Below are positions 18,223 through 27,679 of a stretch of 64,000 nucleotides of DNA, piece after piece. Below the pieces are notes generated by a model. That model was not told the origin of the DNA, ran no database searches, and saw only the letters and a list, made by a program, of their open reading frames with translations. Origin of the DNA: a bacterium (lineage in GTDB: Bacteria; Patescibacteriota; Minisyncoccia; Phycocordibacterales; Phycocordibacteraceae); assembly GCA_037200965.1 (NCBI GenBank), contig JBBCGK010000001.1:864001-928000 (forward strand). The letters run 5' to 3'. The position numbers and the translations under genes were made by a program. The stretch's first letter is position 1. Every line of letters starts with the position of its first letter.

Positions 18223-20022
18223 ATGGAAATCCGAAACATCGCCATCATCGCGCACGTGGACCACGGCAAGACCACGCTCACTGACGCCCTCATGCGCCAG
18301 ACGGGGGCCGTGTCCGACGCGACGGTGTCGATGGACAACAACGCGCTCGAGCGCGAGCGAGGGATCACCATCTACGCGAAGAACACTTCGATCGAATACA
18401 AGGGAACGAAGATCAATATCGTCGACACCCCGGGACACGCGGACTTCGGCTCGGAAGTGGAGCGCGTGCTCCGCTCGATCGACTCGGTGCTTCTCGTCGT
18501 CGACGCCCAGGAAGGGCCGATGCCCCAGACGCGCTTCGTGCTCAAGAAATCGCTTGAACTCGGCCTCAAGCCGATCGTCGTGCTTAATAAGATCGACAAA
18601 CCGGCGGCTGATGCGGCGCGGGCCGAAGAGCAGGTTTTGGAACTCTTTCTTGAGCTCGGAGCCTCAGATGAACAGGCCAATTTCCCGGTCGTATACGCGA
18701 TCGGCCGCGAAGGCGTCGCGATGCGCAAACTTACCGACGAGAAGAAGGACCTCAGCCCGCTTCTCGACGTCGTCCTTGAGCACGTGCCTGCGACCTCTTC
18801 AACGGAGCTTTCCACGAAACCTTTGATACTCCAGCCGTTCAACCTCGGCTATGACAACTTCCTCGGCCGCATGGCCGTGGGCCGCATATACGAAGGAACG
18901 GTGCATCCGGGCGATGCCGTATTTGTCAAGAAGCCCGACGGCGCGACCAGGAGCGGCAAGCTCACCAAGGTTTTCACCTTCGTCGGTACCGAAAAGAAGG
19001 ACGTTCCCGAGGCGGTTGCGGGCGACATCGTCATGATCGCCGGACTGCCGGATATTTTCATCGGAGAAACCGTTACGACGAACGCGGATCAGGCTCCGCG
19101 TGCGGCAATCTCCATCGACGAGCCCACCATCACCCTTAACTTCCTCGTCAATAACTCGCCGTTCGCCGGGAAGGAAGGGAAGTACGTGACGAGCCGCCAG
19201 CTTCGCGAATACCTCGAGCGCGAGCTTGAGGTGAACGTCGGGCTCAAGGTCGACTTCATCTCCCCCGACAATTTCAAGGTCTCGGGCCGCGGCGAGCTCC
19301 ATATCGCCATCCTCCTTGAGAACATGCGCCGCGCCGGGTATGAAATGCAGGTCTCGCAGCCGCAGGTCATCATCCGCGAAGAGAACGGCGTGAAGCTCGA
19401 GCCGTTTGAGGAAGTGATCATCGATACCCCGAGCGAATATCAGGGAGCGATCATCGAGCGCCTCGGTACCCGCGCCTTCGTCCTCCAGAACCTCGTGCAG
19501 CACGACCAGAGCGTGCGCCTCACGCTCCTTGGCCCGACGCGCGGGCTTCTCGGATACCGGAACCAGTTCGTGATCGATACGCGCGGGGAAGGCATTCTCT
19601 CTTCGAGAGTCGTCGGATTCCAGCCGTACGCGGGCGAGATCAAGAAGCGGCAGGTGGGTTCGATGATCTCCATGGCCGGGGGAAAGACGCTCGGTTACTC
19701 GCTCGCGACGCTCCAGGAGCGCGGTGTGCTGTATGTCACTCCGGCAACGGAAGTGTATGAGGGCCAGGTGATCGGCAACACCTCGAAGGGCGAGGAGATG
19801 ATGGTGAACCCGACCAAGGGCAAGAACCAGTCGAACGTCCGCTCTTCGGGCACCGATGAGGCGATCAGCCTCGTGCCGCCATTCCTTATTACGATCGAGC
19901 GCGGACTCGAGATCATGGCCGAGGACGAATATCTCGAGATCACTCCCGAGAGCGTGCGCCTCCGGAAGCAATTTCTTACCGAGAACGACAGGGCCAAGGC
20001 GAAGCGGACGGATATCAAATAG
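18223..20022 (+). CDS. typA: Translational GTPase TypA/BipA
   Basis: [24 protein letters not shown]...[11 protein letters not shown]...NKIDK; EF-G-like domains. Start set at ATG 18223; the track ORF runs upstream into the IS. Confidence 0.85.
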   Translation: MEIRNIAIIAHVDHGKTTLTDALMRQTGAVSDATVSMDNNALERERGITIYAKNTSIEYKGTKINIVDTPGHADFGSEVERVLRSIDSVLLVVDAQEGPMPQTRFVLKKSLELGLKPIVVLNKIDKPAADAARAEEQVLELFLELGASDEQANFPVVYAIGREGVAMRKLTDEKKDLSPLLDVVLEHVPATSSTELSTKPLILQPFNLGYDNFLGRMAVGRIYEGTVHPGDAVFVKKPDGATRSGKLTKVFTFVGTEKKDVPEAVAGDIVMIAGLPDIFIGETVTTNADQAPRAAISIDEPTITLNFLVNNSPFAGKEGKYVTSRQLREYLERELEVNVGLKVDFISPDNFKVSGRGELHIAILLENMRRAGYEMQVSQPQVIIREENGVKLEPFEEVIIDTPSEYQGAIIERLGTRAFVLQNLVQHDQSVRLTLLGPTRGLLGYRNQFVIDTRGEGILSSRVVGFQPYAGEIKKRQVGSMISMAGGKTLGYSLATLQERGVLYVTPATEVYEGQVIGNTSKGEEMMVNPTKGKNQSNVRSSGTDEAISLVPPFLITIERGLEIMAEDEYLEITPESVRLRKQFLTENDRAKAKRTDIK

Positions 20023-20078
20023 ATCGCTCATTTCCGGGTTTTAGAGAATCTTTATCTCCCGGTGGTATACTGTCCGAC

Positions 20079-20507
20079 ATGATTTCTGACGAAGATATCG
20101 TCAAGCTCAAGAGAGAATTCGCTCCGGTCTTCGCCGGTCGGGAAGAATTTCTTGAGGTGAAGGCCGATGTCGGAGTGCTTAAGGTCGACGTTTCCGTGCT
20201 CAAGACCGATGTTGCCGTACTTAAGACGGATGTTGCCGAGCTTAAGACTGATACCGCGACCCTCAAGACCGACGTCGCAGAACTTAAGGTCGATGTCTCT
20301 ATTCTCAAAACCGACGTGGCGGACCTCAAGGTCGAAGTCGGAGAGATTGCCGATAAAATGGATACACTCCTTACGATGACGGACAAGATCGTGGGCGGAC
20401 TCGAACATGAACGGATGGAGAACGCCGCGGGCAATGAAATACTGTTCCGTCATACTCGCCAGATACAGGAACTTGCGCAGAAAACAGGCACCGCTCTTTC
20501 GGAATAG
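20079..20507 (+). CDS. Tandem heptad-repeat (coiled-coil-like) protein
   Basis: About 9 consecutive 7-aa units of the DV(A/S)xLKT type (VLKVDVS VLKTDVA VLKTDVA ELKTDTA ...), i.e. 21-bp DNA repeats. Confidence 0.5.
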   Translation: MISDEDIVKLKREFAPVFAGREEFLEVKADVGVLKVDVSVLKTDVAVLKTDVAELKTDTATLKTDVAELKVDVSILKTDVADLKVEVGEIADKMDTLLTMTDKIVGGLEHERMENAAGNEILFRHTRQIQELAQKTGTALSE

Positions 20508-20587
20508 TTCTTCATCATTTCTTCCTGAAGGGAGGGTACACTAGAAGGGTGTGCCACAAGACTTACCCGCATTAAATTCCTTATCCT

Positions 20588-20740
20588 ATGCTCGTCACTA
20601 TCGCAGTCGTGCTTCTCGTTCTCTGGCTTCTCGGCCTCGTTACTTCCTACACCATCGGTGGCTTCATCCATATCCTCCTCGTGGTCGCCGTCATCATGAT
20701 CCTCATCCGGCTTATCCGGGGCGAAAATCCGATCGCCTAG
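20588..20740 (+). CDS. Small (50 aa) two-helix membrane protein, lmo0937-like family
   Basis: MLVTIAVVLLVLWLLGLVTSYTIGGFIHILLVVAVIMILIRLIRGENPIA; below the ORF-track length cutoff but matches this conserved micro-protein pattern. Confidence 0.4.
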   Translation: MLVTIAVVLLVLWLLGLVTSYTIGGFIHILLVVAVIMILIRLIRGENPIA

Positions 20741-20942
20741 TTGCCAAAAGGGGCCTGTCCTGCTATACTCAGGGCACAACTTGCTTCAACGGTTTTCACC
20801 CCGGAATTCCCGGGAACCAGCTAGATAGCGCTCCACACTAGGGCGCAGAGCCCGAAAACTCACGAGACGGTTGTTTATTCTCGCGTTTTCGGGCTTTTGC
20901 GTTTTCATACGCTGCCCATTGGCGCATTCACCACACACAATC

Positions 20943-22289
20943 ATGTATCAACAGAATCCGAGCTACGGGAACTCCAGTCCCCGCCGCTCTTCGGGAGGAC
21001 GCCCCCAGGGAGGCAGCCGCTTCGGCGGAAACCGCGGAGGCGCGCCAAGCCACGGCAACAGAGGCTACGGAAGCAACCGCAGCGGCGCAAGCTACGGCGG
21101 AAGGCCTTCGTTTGGCGGCCGCCCGGGCGGCTCCCGCGGCGGCAAGGGCTTCCAGGAAATGCGCGTCGACCTCTCGAAGCTCATCAACAAGGCGGTCATC
21201 ACCGAGGAGGTCGAGCACTTCGTGCCCGAACACAAGTTCGCGGATTTCGACGTGGACCAGCGCCTCAAGGACAATATCGCGAAGAAGGGATACGAGCTCC
21301 CGACGCCGATCCAGGACCGCTCCATCCCGCACGTGCTTCGCGGCGAGGATATCGTCGGCATCGCAAACACCGGCACCGGAAAGACGGCGGCCTTTCTCAT
21401 CCCGCTCATCGACAAGGTACTCAAATCCCGCGCGCACGGCAGAAGAAGCTCGCGCGTCCTTATCATGGTGCCGACCCGCGAGCTCGCGCTCCAGATCGAC
21501 GCCGAATTCCTCGGCTTCACGAAGGGCCTCGGCCTCTATTCGGTCTGCTGCGTGGGCGGGGCGAACATCATGCCCCAGATCCGCGTGCTTAGGCGCGACC
21601 CGTCGTTTGTGATCGGCACTCCCGGACGCCTCAAAGACCTCATGGAGCGCAAGGAACTCGAGCTCCAACACTTCGGCACCGTCGTCCTCGACGAGGCGGA
21701 CCGCATGCTCGACATGGGTTTCATCCAGGACATGCGCTTCATCATGGCGAAGATGGAGAAGGAGCGGCACACGCTCTTCTTCTCCGCGACGCTCTCTTCG
21801 GAGATCGAGCGACTCATCGGCGAATTCCTCAAGTCGCCCGCGCGCGTCTCCGTCAAGACCCGCGACACGTCGAAGAATATCGACCAGGATGTCGTGCGCG
21901 TCTCCGAGGGCCAGTCGAAGATCGACGTGCTCCACGAGCTCGTCGCGCAGCCGGAATTCGAGAAGGTGCTTGTCTTCGGACGCACCAAGCACGGCGTCGA
22001 GAAGCTCATGGACGAGCTTAACCGACGCGGATTCCGCGCGGTCTCGATCCACGGCAACAAGACGCACGGCAACCGCCAGCGGGCCCTTGGCGACTTCAAG
22101 AGCGGCAAGGCGCAGATTATGGTGGCGACGGATGTCGCGGCCCGCGGCCTCGATATCCCGGATGTCTCGCACGTGATCAACTTCGACCTCCCCGGCACCT
22201 ACGAGGACTACGTCCACCGCATCGGCCGCACCGGACGCGCAAGCAAGAAAGGGAAGGCGCTGACCTTCATCGGGGGCGGGAAGTATTAA
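20943..22289 (+). CDS. DEAD-box ATP-dependent RNA helicase with N-terminal RG/GS-rich region
   Basis: Q-motif (ELPTPIQ), ANTGTGKT, PTRELA, DEAD, SAT, HGN/ARGLD, HRIGRTGR; start set at MYQQNP (track ORF over-extended). Confidence 0.85.
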   Translation: MYQQNPSYGNSSPRRSSGGRPQGGSRFGGNRGGAPSHGNRGYGSNRSGASYGGRPSFGGRPGGSRGGKGFQEMRVDLSKLINKAVITEEVEHFVPEHKFADFDVDQRLKDNIAKKGYELPTPIQDRSIPHVLRGEDIVGIANTGTGKTAAFLIPLIDKVLKSRAHGRRSSRVLIMVPTRELALQIDAEFLGFTKGLGLYSVCCVGGANIMPQIRVLRRDPSFVIGTPGRLKDLMERKELELQHFGTVVLDEADRMLDMGFIQDMRFIMAKMEKERHTLFFSATLSSEIERLIGEFLKSPARVSVKTRDTSKNIDQDVVRVSEGQSKIDVLHELVAQPEFEKVLVFGRTKHGVEKLMDELNRRGFRAVSIHGNKTHGNRQRALGDFKSGKAQIMVATDVAARGLDIPDVSHVINFDLPGTYEDYVHRIGRTGRASKKGKALTFIGGGKY

Positions 22290-22435
22290 ACTTCACTGAT
22301 GTTATCAGGCGTCATAGGGTCATAATCAGACCCTTTTCGTATTTGAAAAGAATCTGATTCACATATCTTGCCTAATTGTGCTAAAGTCTTTCCGGAAGTC
22401 TCTTGCACTGGGTAGGGGGCAACAGGAGAATCGAT

Positions 22436-23326
22436 ATGATTCCGATGACAAATGCTGCGGGACAAGTGAAGCTTCCGCATGAAGTGGAACCGCTCCTTGC
22501 GCTTCCGTCCGACATTCTCCGCGCAGTCACGCTTGGTTCGTACACTCTCGAACCGCGCGCTGGCAATTCCGGCAACGTGTTTTGGGACGACGGCCTGAAC
22601 GACCCGACGTCGCTCAGTGCTCTTGGCTTGCCGAATCCAGGCATCGGGGAGGCGCTACGATTCCTGCCCGACCTCATCGACAAGATTCGGGCAAGCGGTA
22701 AGCGCGTACGTGTGAACATCGCGGGTTTCGATGTCGACGAATACCATGAACTTATCAAGGCGTGCGTCGGGATCCGGGTGGACGAGATTGAAATCAATCT
22801 CGGCTGTCCGAACGTGCGAAACGAAGGCGTTCAGAAGCCCATTTTCGCCTTCGATCCGGAACGTATCGCCGAGATCCTCACCATGGCGCACCGGGTATCC
22901 GGGACGCTTGGAGAACCGGATATTGCCGTTAAGCTCTCGCCGTACAGCGATCCGTTCTTTCTCGCGAAAGTCGCCGCAGTGCTGAGAACGCATCTGCACG
23001 CATACATGAAACTCGTGACGTGCAATACGTTTCCGAATGCGTATGGTTTCATCCGGCCGATGACGCCAGCGATTGACGCGAACGACGGGTATGCAGGGCT
23101 TGCCGGTCATGCCATGAAGCACGTTGCGCTCGGGCAGGTTCGGCAATTCTCGAGGCTCTTGCCGTCATTCGATATTGTCGGTGTCGGCGGGATAAGCGGC
23201 GGACGCGATCTTCGCGAGATGGAACTCGCGGGTGCGAAAGAGGCGCAGGTGGGTACGGCGTTTTTCACGCACGGCCCAAAGGCATTCCAGCGCGTCGCGA
23301 TGGAATACGCCGATCTGGTCGATTAG
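22436..23326 (+). CDS. Dihydroorotate dehydrogenase family protein (class 1-like)
   Basis: EINLGCPN, AVKLSPY, GVGGI, GAKEAQVGTAF match DHODH/dihydropyrimidine DH TIM-barrel blocks; start at ATG 22436 preceded by AGGAGA. Confidence 0.6.
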   Translation: MIPMTNAAGQVKLPHEVEPLLALPSDILRAVTLGSYTLEPRAGNSGNVFWDDGLNDPTSLSALGLPNPGIGEALRFLPDLIDKIRASGKRVRVNIAGFDVDEYHELIKACVGIRVDEIEINLGCPNVRNEGVQKPIFAFDPERIAEILTMAHRVSGTLGEPDIAVKLSPYSDPFFLAKVAAVLRTHLHAYMKLVTCNTFPNAYGFIRPMTPAIDANDGYAGLAGHAMKHVALGQVRQFSRLLPSFDIVGVGGISGGRDLREMELAGAKEAQVGTAFFTHGPKAFQRVAMEYADLVD

Positions 23327-23497
23327 ACCTTATGCGGCCATGTGGTGCGGCAGATCCCTCGGGATTGCCGCACCCTCTCTTTTTGTCTTTGCTTGTGATA
23401 AGGTGCATGCGGTCATAAGACCTTTTCGCAATCCAACCACAGGAGGCTCAGGTGGCTTTGCAACCGATCACTATCAGGCGTCCCGCGGACATGCACG

Positions 23498-24058
23498 TTG
23501 CATTTCCGCGAAGGCCGTGTCCTCACATCGGTCGTGCCGGAGACGGCGCGGCACTTCGACATTGCAGTCGCGATGCCGAACCTCGTTCCTCCGATCACCG
23601 ATCCGGCAGCGGCGCGGGCATATTGCGACGGGATCCGGGCCGCGGCGCGGGATCTCAATGAGAATTTCCGTCCGCTCGGCATCGCATACCTTACGGACAA
23701 TCTCCCGGCTGAGGTTCTTCGGGATGGTTTCCGCATTCATAACAACGAGGGCGATCGCAGCTGGTATGCCGCCAAGCTCTATCCCGCGAACGCGACGACC
23801 AACTCGGCACTCGGCGTCTCGGGTATCGAGAATATCTATCCGTTGCTTGAAACCATGGAAGAGATCGTCCCGTTCTACCACAGAGATCTCGGATTCGCGC
23901 CGAAGTTCCCGCGCGTGGTCGGTTACGTTCGCAATTCTGGGTTAAGGAACAAAGCGTGCGAGTGGAGCCGCCCGGCAGTCCCGGACGGCTTCTCGCTTTT
24001 AGGTTTAAAAGATTCTTTCATCCACTATACTCCGGAAAGCCTCAGCGTATCTTCATGA
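23498..24058 (+). pseudogene. Truncated / internally deleted type II dihydroorotase (pyrC-like) remnant
   Basis: AMPNLVPPITD, AYLTDNL...LRDGF, AAKLYPANATTNSALGVSGIENIYPLLETMEEI match the E. coli PyrC N-terminal third; the C-terminal ~40 aa resemble the PyrC C-terminus. The middle ~180 aa and the first His of the HxH motif are missing, and there is no ATG (TTG at 23498). Confidence 0.45.
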
Positions 24059-24092
24059 ACATGGGGTATACTTTCCTGACAGCCCCGGGACC

Positions 24093-24365
24093 ATGGACCA
24101 ATTCCTCAAGATGGACATCTTCTTCTTCGTGACGACCGTCGTGGTCCTCGCGGCTGGCGTGCTCCTGTGCTTCGCGCTCTACTACCTCGTCCGCATTCTC
24201 CGGAACGTCGAGAAGGTCTCGGAAGAGATCGAGGAGGAAACGAGAGCGGTGCGCGAAGATATTCGCGATGCGCGGGCAAACATCAGAAACGAGGGCTTCA
24301 AGCTGAAGCACCTCACTGCGCTTGCGCGCAAGGCGGGCGAACGGCTCTTCAAAGCGAAAAAATAG
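24093..24365 (+). CDS. Small membrane-anchored coiled-coil protein (DUF948-like), hypothetical
   Basis: N-terminal TM helix then charged helical region. Confidence 0.35.
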   Translation: MDQFLKMDIFFFVTTVVVLAAGVLLCFALYYLVRILRNVEKVSEEIEEETRAVREDIRDARANIRNEGFKLKHLTALARKAGERLFKAKK

Positions 24366-24404
24366 GAGTGCGCTTATTTTTACTTATCTAGAACTTCCAT
24401 CACC

Positions 24405-24833
24405 ATGGCTACGAAAAAGAAGACCTCGAAGGGAATGCTTGCCGCCGAAATAGGGGCGGCGACGCTCGCGGCCGCTGCCGCTGCGGGAGCCGGCTACTAT
24501 TTCTACGCAAGCAAGGACGCGAAGAAACACCGCAAGGCCGCCGTGAAGTGGGCGGAGGACCTTCGCCGCGATGTCATGAAAGAGGCGAAGAAGCTGAAGA
24601 CGCTCGACGCGAAGACCATGGCGCTTATCGTCGACGAGGCGTCGCAGGCATACCAGGCTGCGCGCGGCATCGACCGTAAGGACCTCAAGCGCGCCGCGGA
24701 CGAGCTCAAGGCAAACTGGCAGCGCGTCGTGCTTGCGAAGCTTCCCGCGAAAGCGAAGAAGGCTGTCCGCAAGGCGAAAAAGGCGGTCAAGAAAACAGTG
24801 AAGCGCGCAAAGAAGGCAGTGAAACGCCGATAG
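24405..24833 (+). CDS. Hypothetical protein with Lys/Ala-rich basic C-terminal tail
   Basis: 142-aa ORF; C-terminus KAKKAVRKAKKAVKKTVKRAKKAVKRR. Confidence 0.4.
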   Translation: MATKKKTSKGMLAAEIGAATLAAAAAAGAGYYFYASKDAKKHRKAAVKWAEDLRRDVMKEAKKLKTLDAKTMALIVDEASQAYQAARGIDRKDLKRAADELKANWQRVVLAKLPAKAKKAVRKAKKAVKKTVKRAKKAVKRR

Positions 24834-24848
24834 CCGTTTTCTTTGAAA

Positions 24849-24868
24849 CGCGGGCGCATGCGCCCGCG
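24849..24868. promoter_or_regulatory. Perfect 20-bp palindrome CGCGGGCGCATGCGCCCGCG upstream of the ECF sigma gene
   Basis: Perfect dyad in the 56-bp intergenic gap between 24405..24833 and the sigma gene; no T-run follows, so operator or structure rather than a clean terminator. Confidence 0.35.
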
Positions 24869-24889
24869 TAGTACTTCCTGCGGCCCTCC

Positions 24890-25465
24890 ATGGACGCACA
24901 CCCGCTTACCGATGAAGAAGCCGCCCGCCGGTCGCTTGAGGATAAGGAGCAGTTCGCGCTCCTTATCAGGCGCTACGAGGCCCCCTTGGGACGCTACCTG
25001 GAGCGCCTTGGCGTTCGCGTACGCGAAGACCGGGAAGACCTCCTGCAGAACGCGTTTCTCAAGGCATACCGGAATCTCAACAGTTTCGACCCGACGCTCG
25101 CATTCTCTTCCTGGATGTACCGCATCGCGCATAACGAGGCTATGAGCTTCTTTAGGGCCAAGAAAGCGCGTCCGCAGGTGGTGCTGGGGGAGGAAGGGCA
25201 GCTTCTGTTGACCGAGCTCCGGGATGAACGCGCCGATACGGGGGCGCTCGCGGAAGAGCGCCTCACCGCAGGCGAGCTCGCGCAGGCGCTTGAGAAGATA
25301 GACCCGAAATACCGCGACGTACTCACGCTCCGCTTCTTCGAGGAGCGTTCGTATGCGGATATTTCCGACATCCTGGAGCTTCCGGTCGGCACGGTCGCGA
25401 CCCTGATCCACCGGGCGAAGAAAGCGCTTCGCGCAGCCGTTTCCGACCGCCTTATAGCGCCATGA
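24890..25465 (+). CDS. RNA polymerase sigma-70 factor, ECF subfamily
   Basis: Region 2 (LLQNAFLKAYRNL..F..WMYRIAHNEA) and region 4 (YRDVLTLRFFEERSYADISDILELPVGTVATLIHRAKKAL). Confidence 0.75.
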   Translation: MDAHPLTDEEAARRSLEDKEQFALLIRRYEAPLGRYLERLGVRVREDREDLLQNAFLKAYRNLNSFDPTLAFSSWMYRIAHNEAMSFFRAKKARPQVVLGEEGQLLLTELRDERADTGALAEERLTAGELAQALEKIDPKYRDVLTLRFFEERSYADISDILELPVGTVATLIHRAKKALRAAVSDRLIAP

Positions 25466-26376
25466 ACCACGACTCTATGCGAGAGCAATCCGAAGACCGC
25501 GATCCCGTATCGCGCCGCGTGCTTGAGCACATCGAACGCGAACAGGTCCGGCCGCTCCCGCGCTCCCGCTTCGTGCTGCAGAACGTCGCCCTCTGGGTAT
25601 TCGGCATCCTTTCCATACTTTTCGGCGCCATCGCAGCCGCCGCCGCGCTCTTCGCGCTTGCGAACGCCGGCTGGCGCTATTACGTCGCGACGCACGACAC
25701 GTTCCTGACGTTTCTCATAGAAACCGCGCCGCTCCTTTGGATCGTGACGCTCGCGTTCTTCGTGCTTATCGGCTATCAGATATTCCGCCGCACCCGCCGC
25801 GGGTACCGCTATCCGTTTATCGCCGTCGCCGCGACATCGGTCGCGGCGAGCCTTTTGCTTGGCGCCGCGCTTTACGGCGCGGGATTCGGGGAAGTCATCG
25901 AGGAAGGACTCGGCGCGCACGTGCCGTTCTATCGGCCTGCGCTTCAGGCGGAGCAGGTGATCTGGGCGCATCCGGAGCGGGGCCTTCTCGCCGGAAGGGT
26001 AACGGGCCTCGCGCCCGACTTTTCGAGCTTCACGCTCCTTGGTTTCGACGGGAAGCTTTGGAATGTCGAGGGGAGCGATCTGCGGCGCTTTGACGAGGCG
26101 ACGCTTGCGCATGGCGGCCTCGTACGGATTGTCGGCGTGCCGCTCGCAAGCACGACGGAAGATGCTGCATTCCACGCATGTTTTGTTTTCCCGTGGGAGA
26201 TATATGGCTCCTTTGCGGAGCGCCGCGCGCCGATGCCGTTCCCGTATGCCGGAGGTGAAAGAAAGATTGCCGCGGAACGTAGTGAAGAGTGTAAGGGCGT
26301 ACGACCTTACGCGCCTCTGCGGGCGCTCGAAGAACAAGGGCACGCGAGCAGCACCGAGTTCACGAACGGCTCATAG
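25462..26376 (+). CDS. Putative membrane anti-sigma factor (hypothetical)
   Basis: 4-bp start/stop overlap with the ECF sigma gene; cytoplasmic N-terminus, TM helices, extracytoplasmic domain. Confidence 0.4.
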   Translation: MNHDSMREQSEDRDPVSRRVLEHIEREQVRPLPRSRFVLQNVALWVFGILSILFGAIAAAAALFALANAGWRYYVATHDTFLTFLIETAPLLWIVTLAFFVLIGYQIFRRTRRGYRYPFIAVAATSVAASLLLGAALYGAGFGEVIEEGLGAHVPFYRPALQAEQVIWAHPERGLLAGRVTGLAPDFSSFTLLGFDGKLWNVEGSDLRRFDEATLAHGGLVRIVGVPLASTTEDAAFHACFVFPWEIYGSFAERRAPMPFPYAGGERKIAAERSEECKGVRPYAPLRALEEQGHASSTEFTNGS

Positions 26377-26515
26377 CGCCGGTCCCGGTAAGCGGGCGCT
26401 AGCGCGGTCGGTACGCGCCCGCAGGGTTTGGGAACTATTCGAAAGAGCCATGCGCGGCGTACGCCGCGCATGGCATTTATCGTTCACCCTGCCTTCACCG
26501 CGTATGCGCTAGGGT

Positions 26516-27136
26516 GTGCCCATGTTTCTCCGCATCCTCGCTCTCCCGTTTTTTGCCGTTGCCGTGGTCGCGGCTTCCTACACCGGCTGGCAGCACCCCG
26601 GCACCGTTTCAAACGTGCGGGCGAACGAAGGGGTCGTTCCCCCGGCCTCTATCGCTCCGGCTCCTTCGGGCGCAGCCTACTTCACGTACACAAACCGCCC
26701 GTTCGGTTTCTCCCTCACATATCCGCGCACTTTTATCCGCGATACGAGCGCGGGGCTTGGCTGGAGCTACGGCGCTGAGCGCGGAAGCGGCGCGACCGTG
26801 CTCACACTCTATCTTCCGCCGCAGACGGCGCTCGTGCGCGCGGGAGGGGAAGGAGTCCTTCGCGTGGGCGTCGCAAATGACGCGGCAAGCATGGAAACGT
26901 GCCTCTCGCCCGAGCGGCCGGGTACATACCAGGGAACCGTGACGCTCGGGAGCGAAACATTCACGCGCTACGACTATCCGGAAACCGGCATCGAAAGCTA
27001 TCGCACGTTCCATGCCGGAGCCTGCTACGCCGTTGAAATAGGGGTGCGCCTTGAAGAAGGGGCGGGAACAGGCCCTACAGCGGAAGAGGCACGAACGATG
27101 CTTCGGGATGCGGCTTCGACATTCAGCTTTTCTTGA
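26516..27136 (+). CDS. Secreted hypothetical protein
   Basis: Signal peptide MPMFLRILALPFFAVAVVAASYTG; no family recognised. Confidence 0.4.
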   Translation: MPMFLRILALPFFAVAVVAASYTGWQHPGTVSNVRANEGVVPPASIAPAPSGAAYFTYTNRPFGFSLTYPRTFIRDTSAGLGWSYGAERGSGATVLTLYLPPQTALVRAGGEGVLRVGVANDAASMETCLSPERPGTYQGTVTLGSETFTRYDYPETGIESYRTFHAGACYAVEIGVRLEEGAGTGPTAEEARTMLRDAASTFSFS

Positions 27137-27244
27137 ATCAGGCGGGTTGTGCACAGTTCGTCCGCAAAGATGCCCCGAAGGGTTTCAAAAAGGGTATCCT
27201 GTACCTAAGCGGCAACCGCCGCTTTTAGCAGATAACACGCGGCA

Positions 27245-27613
27245 ATGGCTAAAACGCTCGCAATCGTGTTCGGTATCGTGTTCGTGCTCGTAGGGCTTCT
27301 CGGGTTCGTATCGAACCCGCTCGTTGGTATGGGCGCGTTCTTCGAGACTAATGCGCTCCATAACGTCGTGCACCTCCTGATCGGCCTTATTCTTCTCGCG
27401 GTCGCATTCTGGAGCCCGATGCAGTCATCGATGTGGCTCAAGATCATGGGCGTCGTGTACCTCGTGATCGCCGTTCTCGGTTTCCTTCTCGTTTCGGGCA
27501 CGGGGGAACTGTTCGGCCTTGTGACGCTGAATCCCGCAGATCACTGGCTCCATGTCGTGCTCGGCGTCGTGCTTCTCGCTGCCGGCTTCATGTACGGCGA
27601 CGAGCCGATGTAG
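27245..27613 (+). CDS. DUF4383-like small membrane protein
   Basis: Four TM helices, ...NPLVGMGAFFETNALHNVVHL... pattern. Confidence 0.5.
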   Translation: MAKTLAIVFGIVFVLVGLLGFVSNPLVGMGAFFETNALHNVVHLLIGLILLAVAFWSPMQSSMWLKIMGVVYLVIAVLGFLLVSGTGELFGLVTLNPADHWLHVVLGVVLLAAGFMYGDEPM

Positions 27614-27650
27614 CGCACGGATTTGTAAGGGCTGGTTGCCCCCTTGTGAA

Positions 27651-27679
27651 AAACCGCCGCGTTTTGCGCGGCGGTTTTT
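27651..27679. terminator. Rho-independent terminator (A-run/T-run flanked, potentially bidirectional)
   Basis: aaaaccgccgcg-tttt-gcgcggcggttttt. Confidence 0.6.

Noticed and set aside
17953-20022. 689-aa ORF in the track
   Set aside because: The N-terminal 90 codons read through the IS30 right inverted repeat. True typA starts at ATG 18223 ([17 protein letters not shown]).
18799-20031. 410-aa minus-strand ORF
   Set aside because: Antisense shadow of typA.
20928-22217. 429-aa minus-strand ORF
   Set aside because: Antisense shadow of the DEAD-box helicase gene.
20871-22289. Longer start for DEAD-box helicase
   Set aside because: The first 24 codons (MFILAFSGFCVFIRC...) are hydrophobic read-through; ATG at 20943 (MYQQNPSYG) is the plausible start.
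22403-22435. Upstream start for pyrD-like gene (MHWVGGNRRID...)
   Set aside because: ATG at 22436 has a good AGGAGA Shine-Dalgarno 6 nt upstream; the extension adds non-conserved residues.
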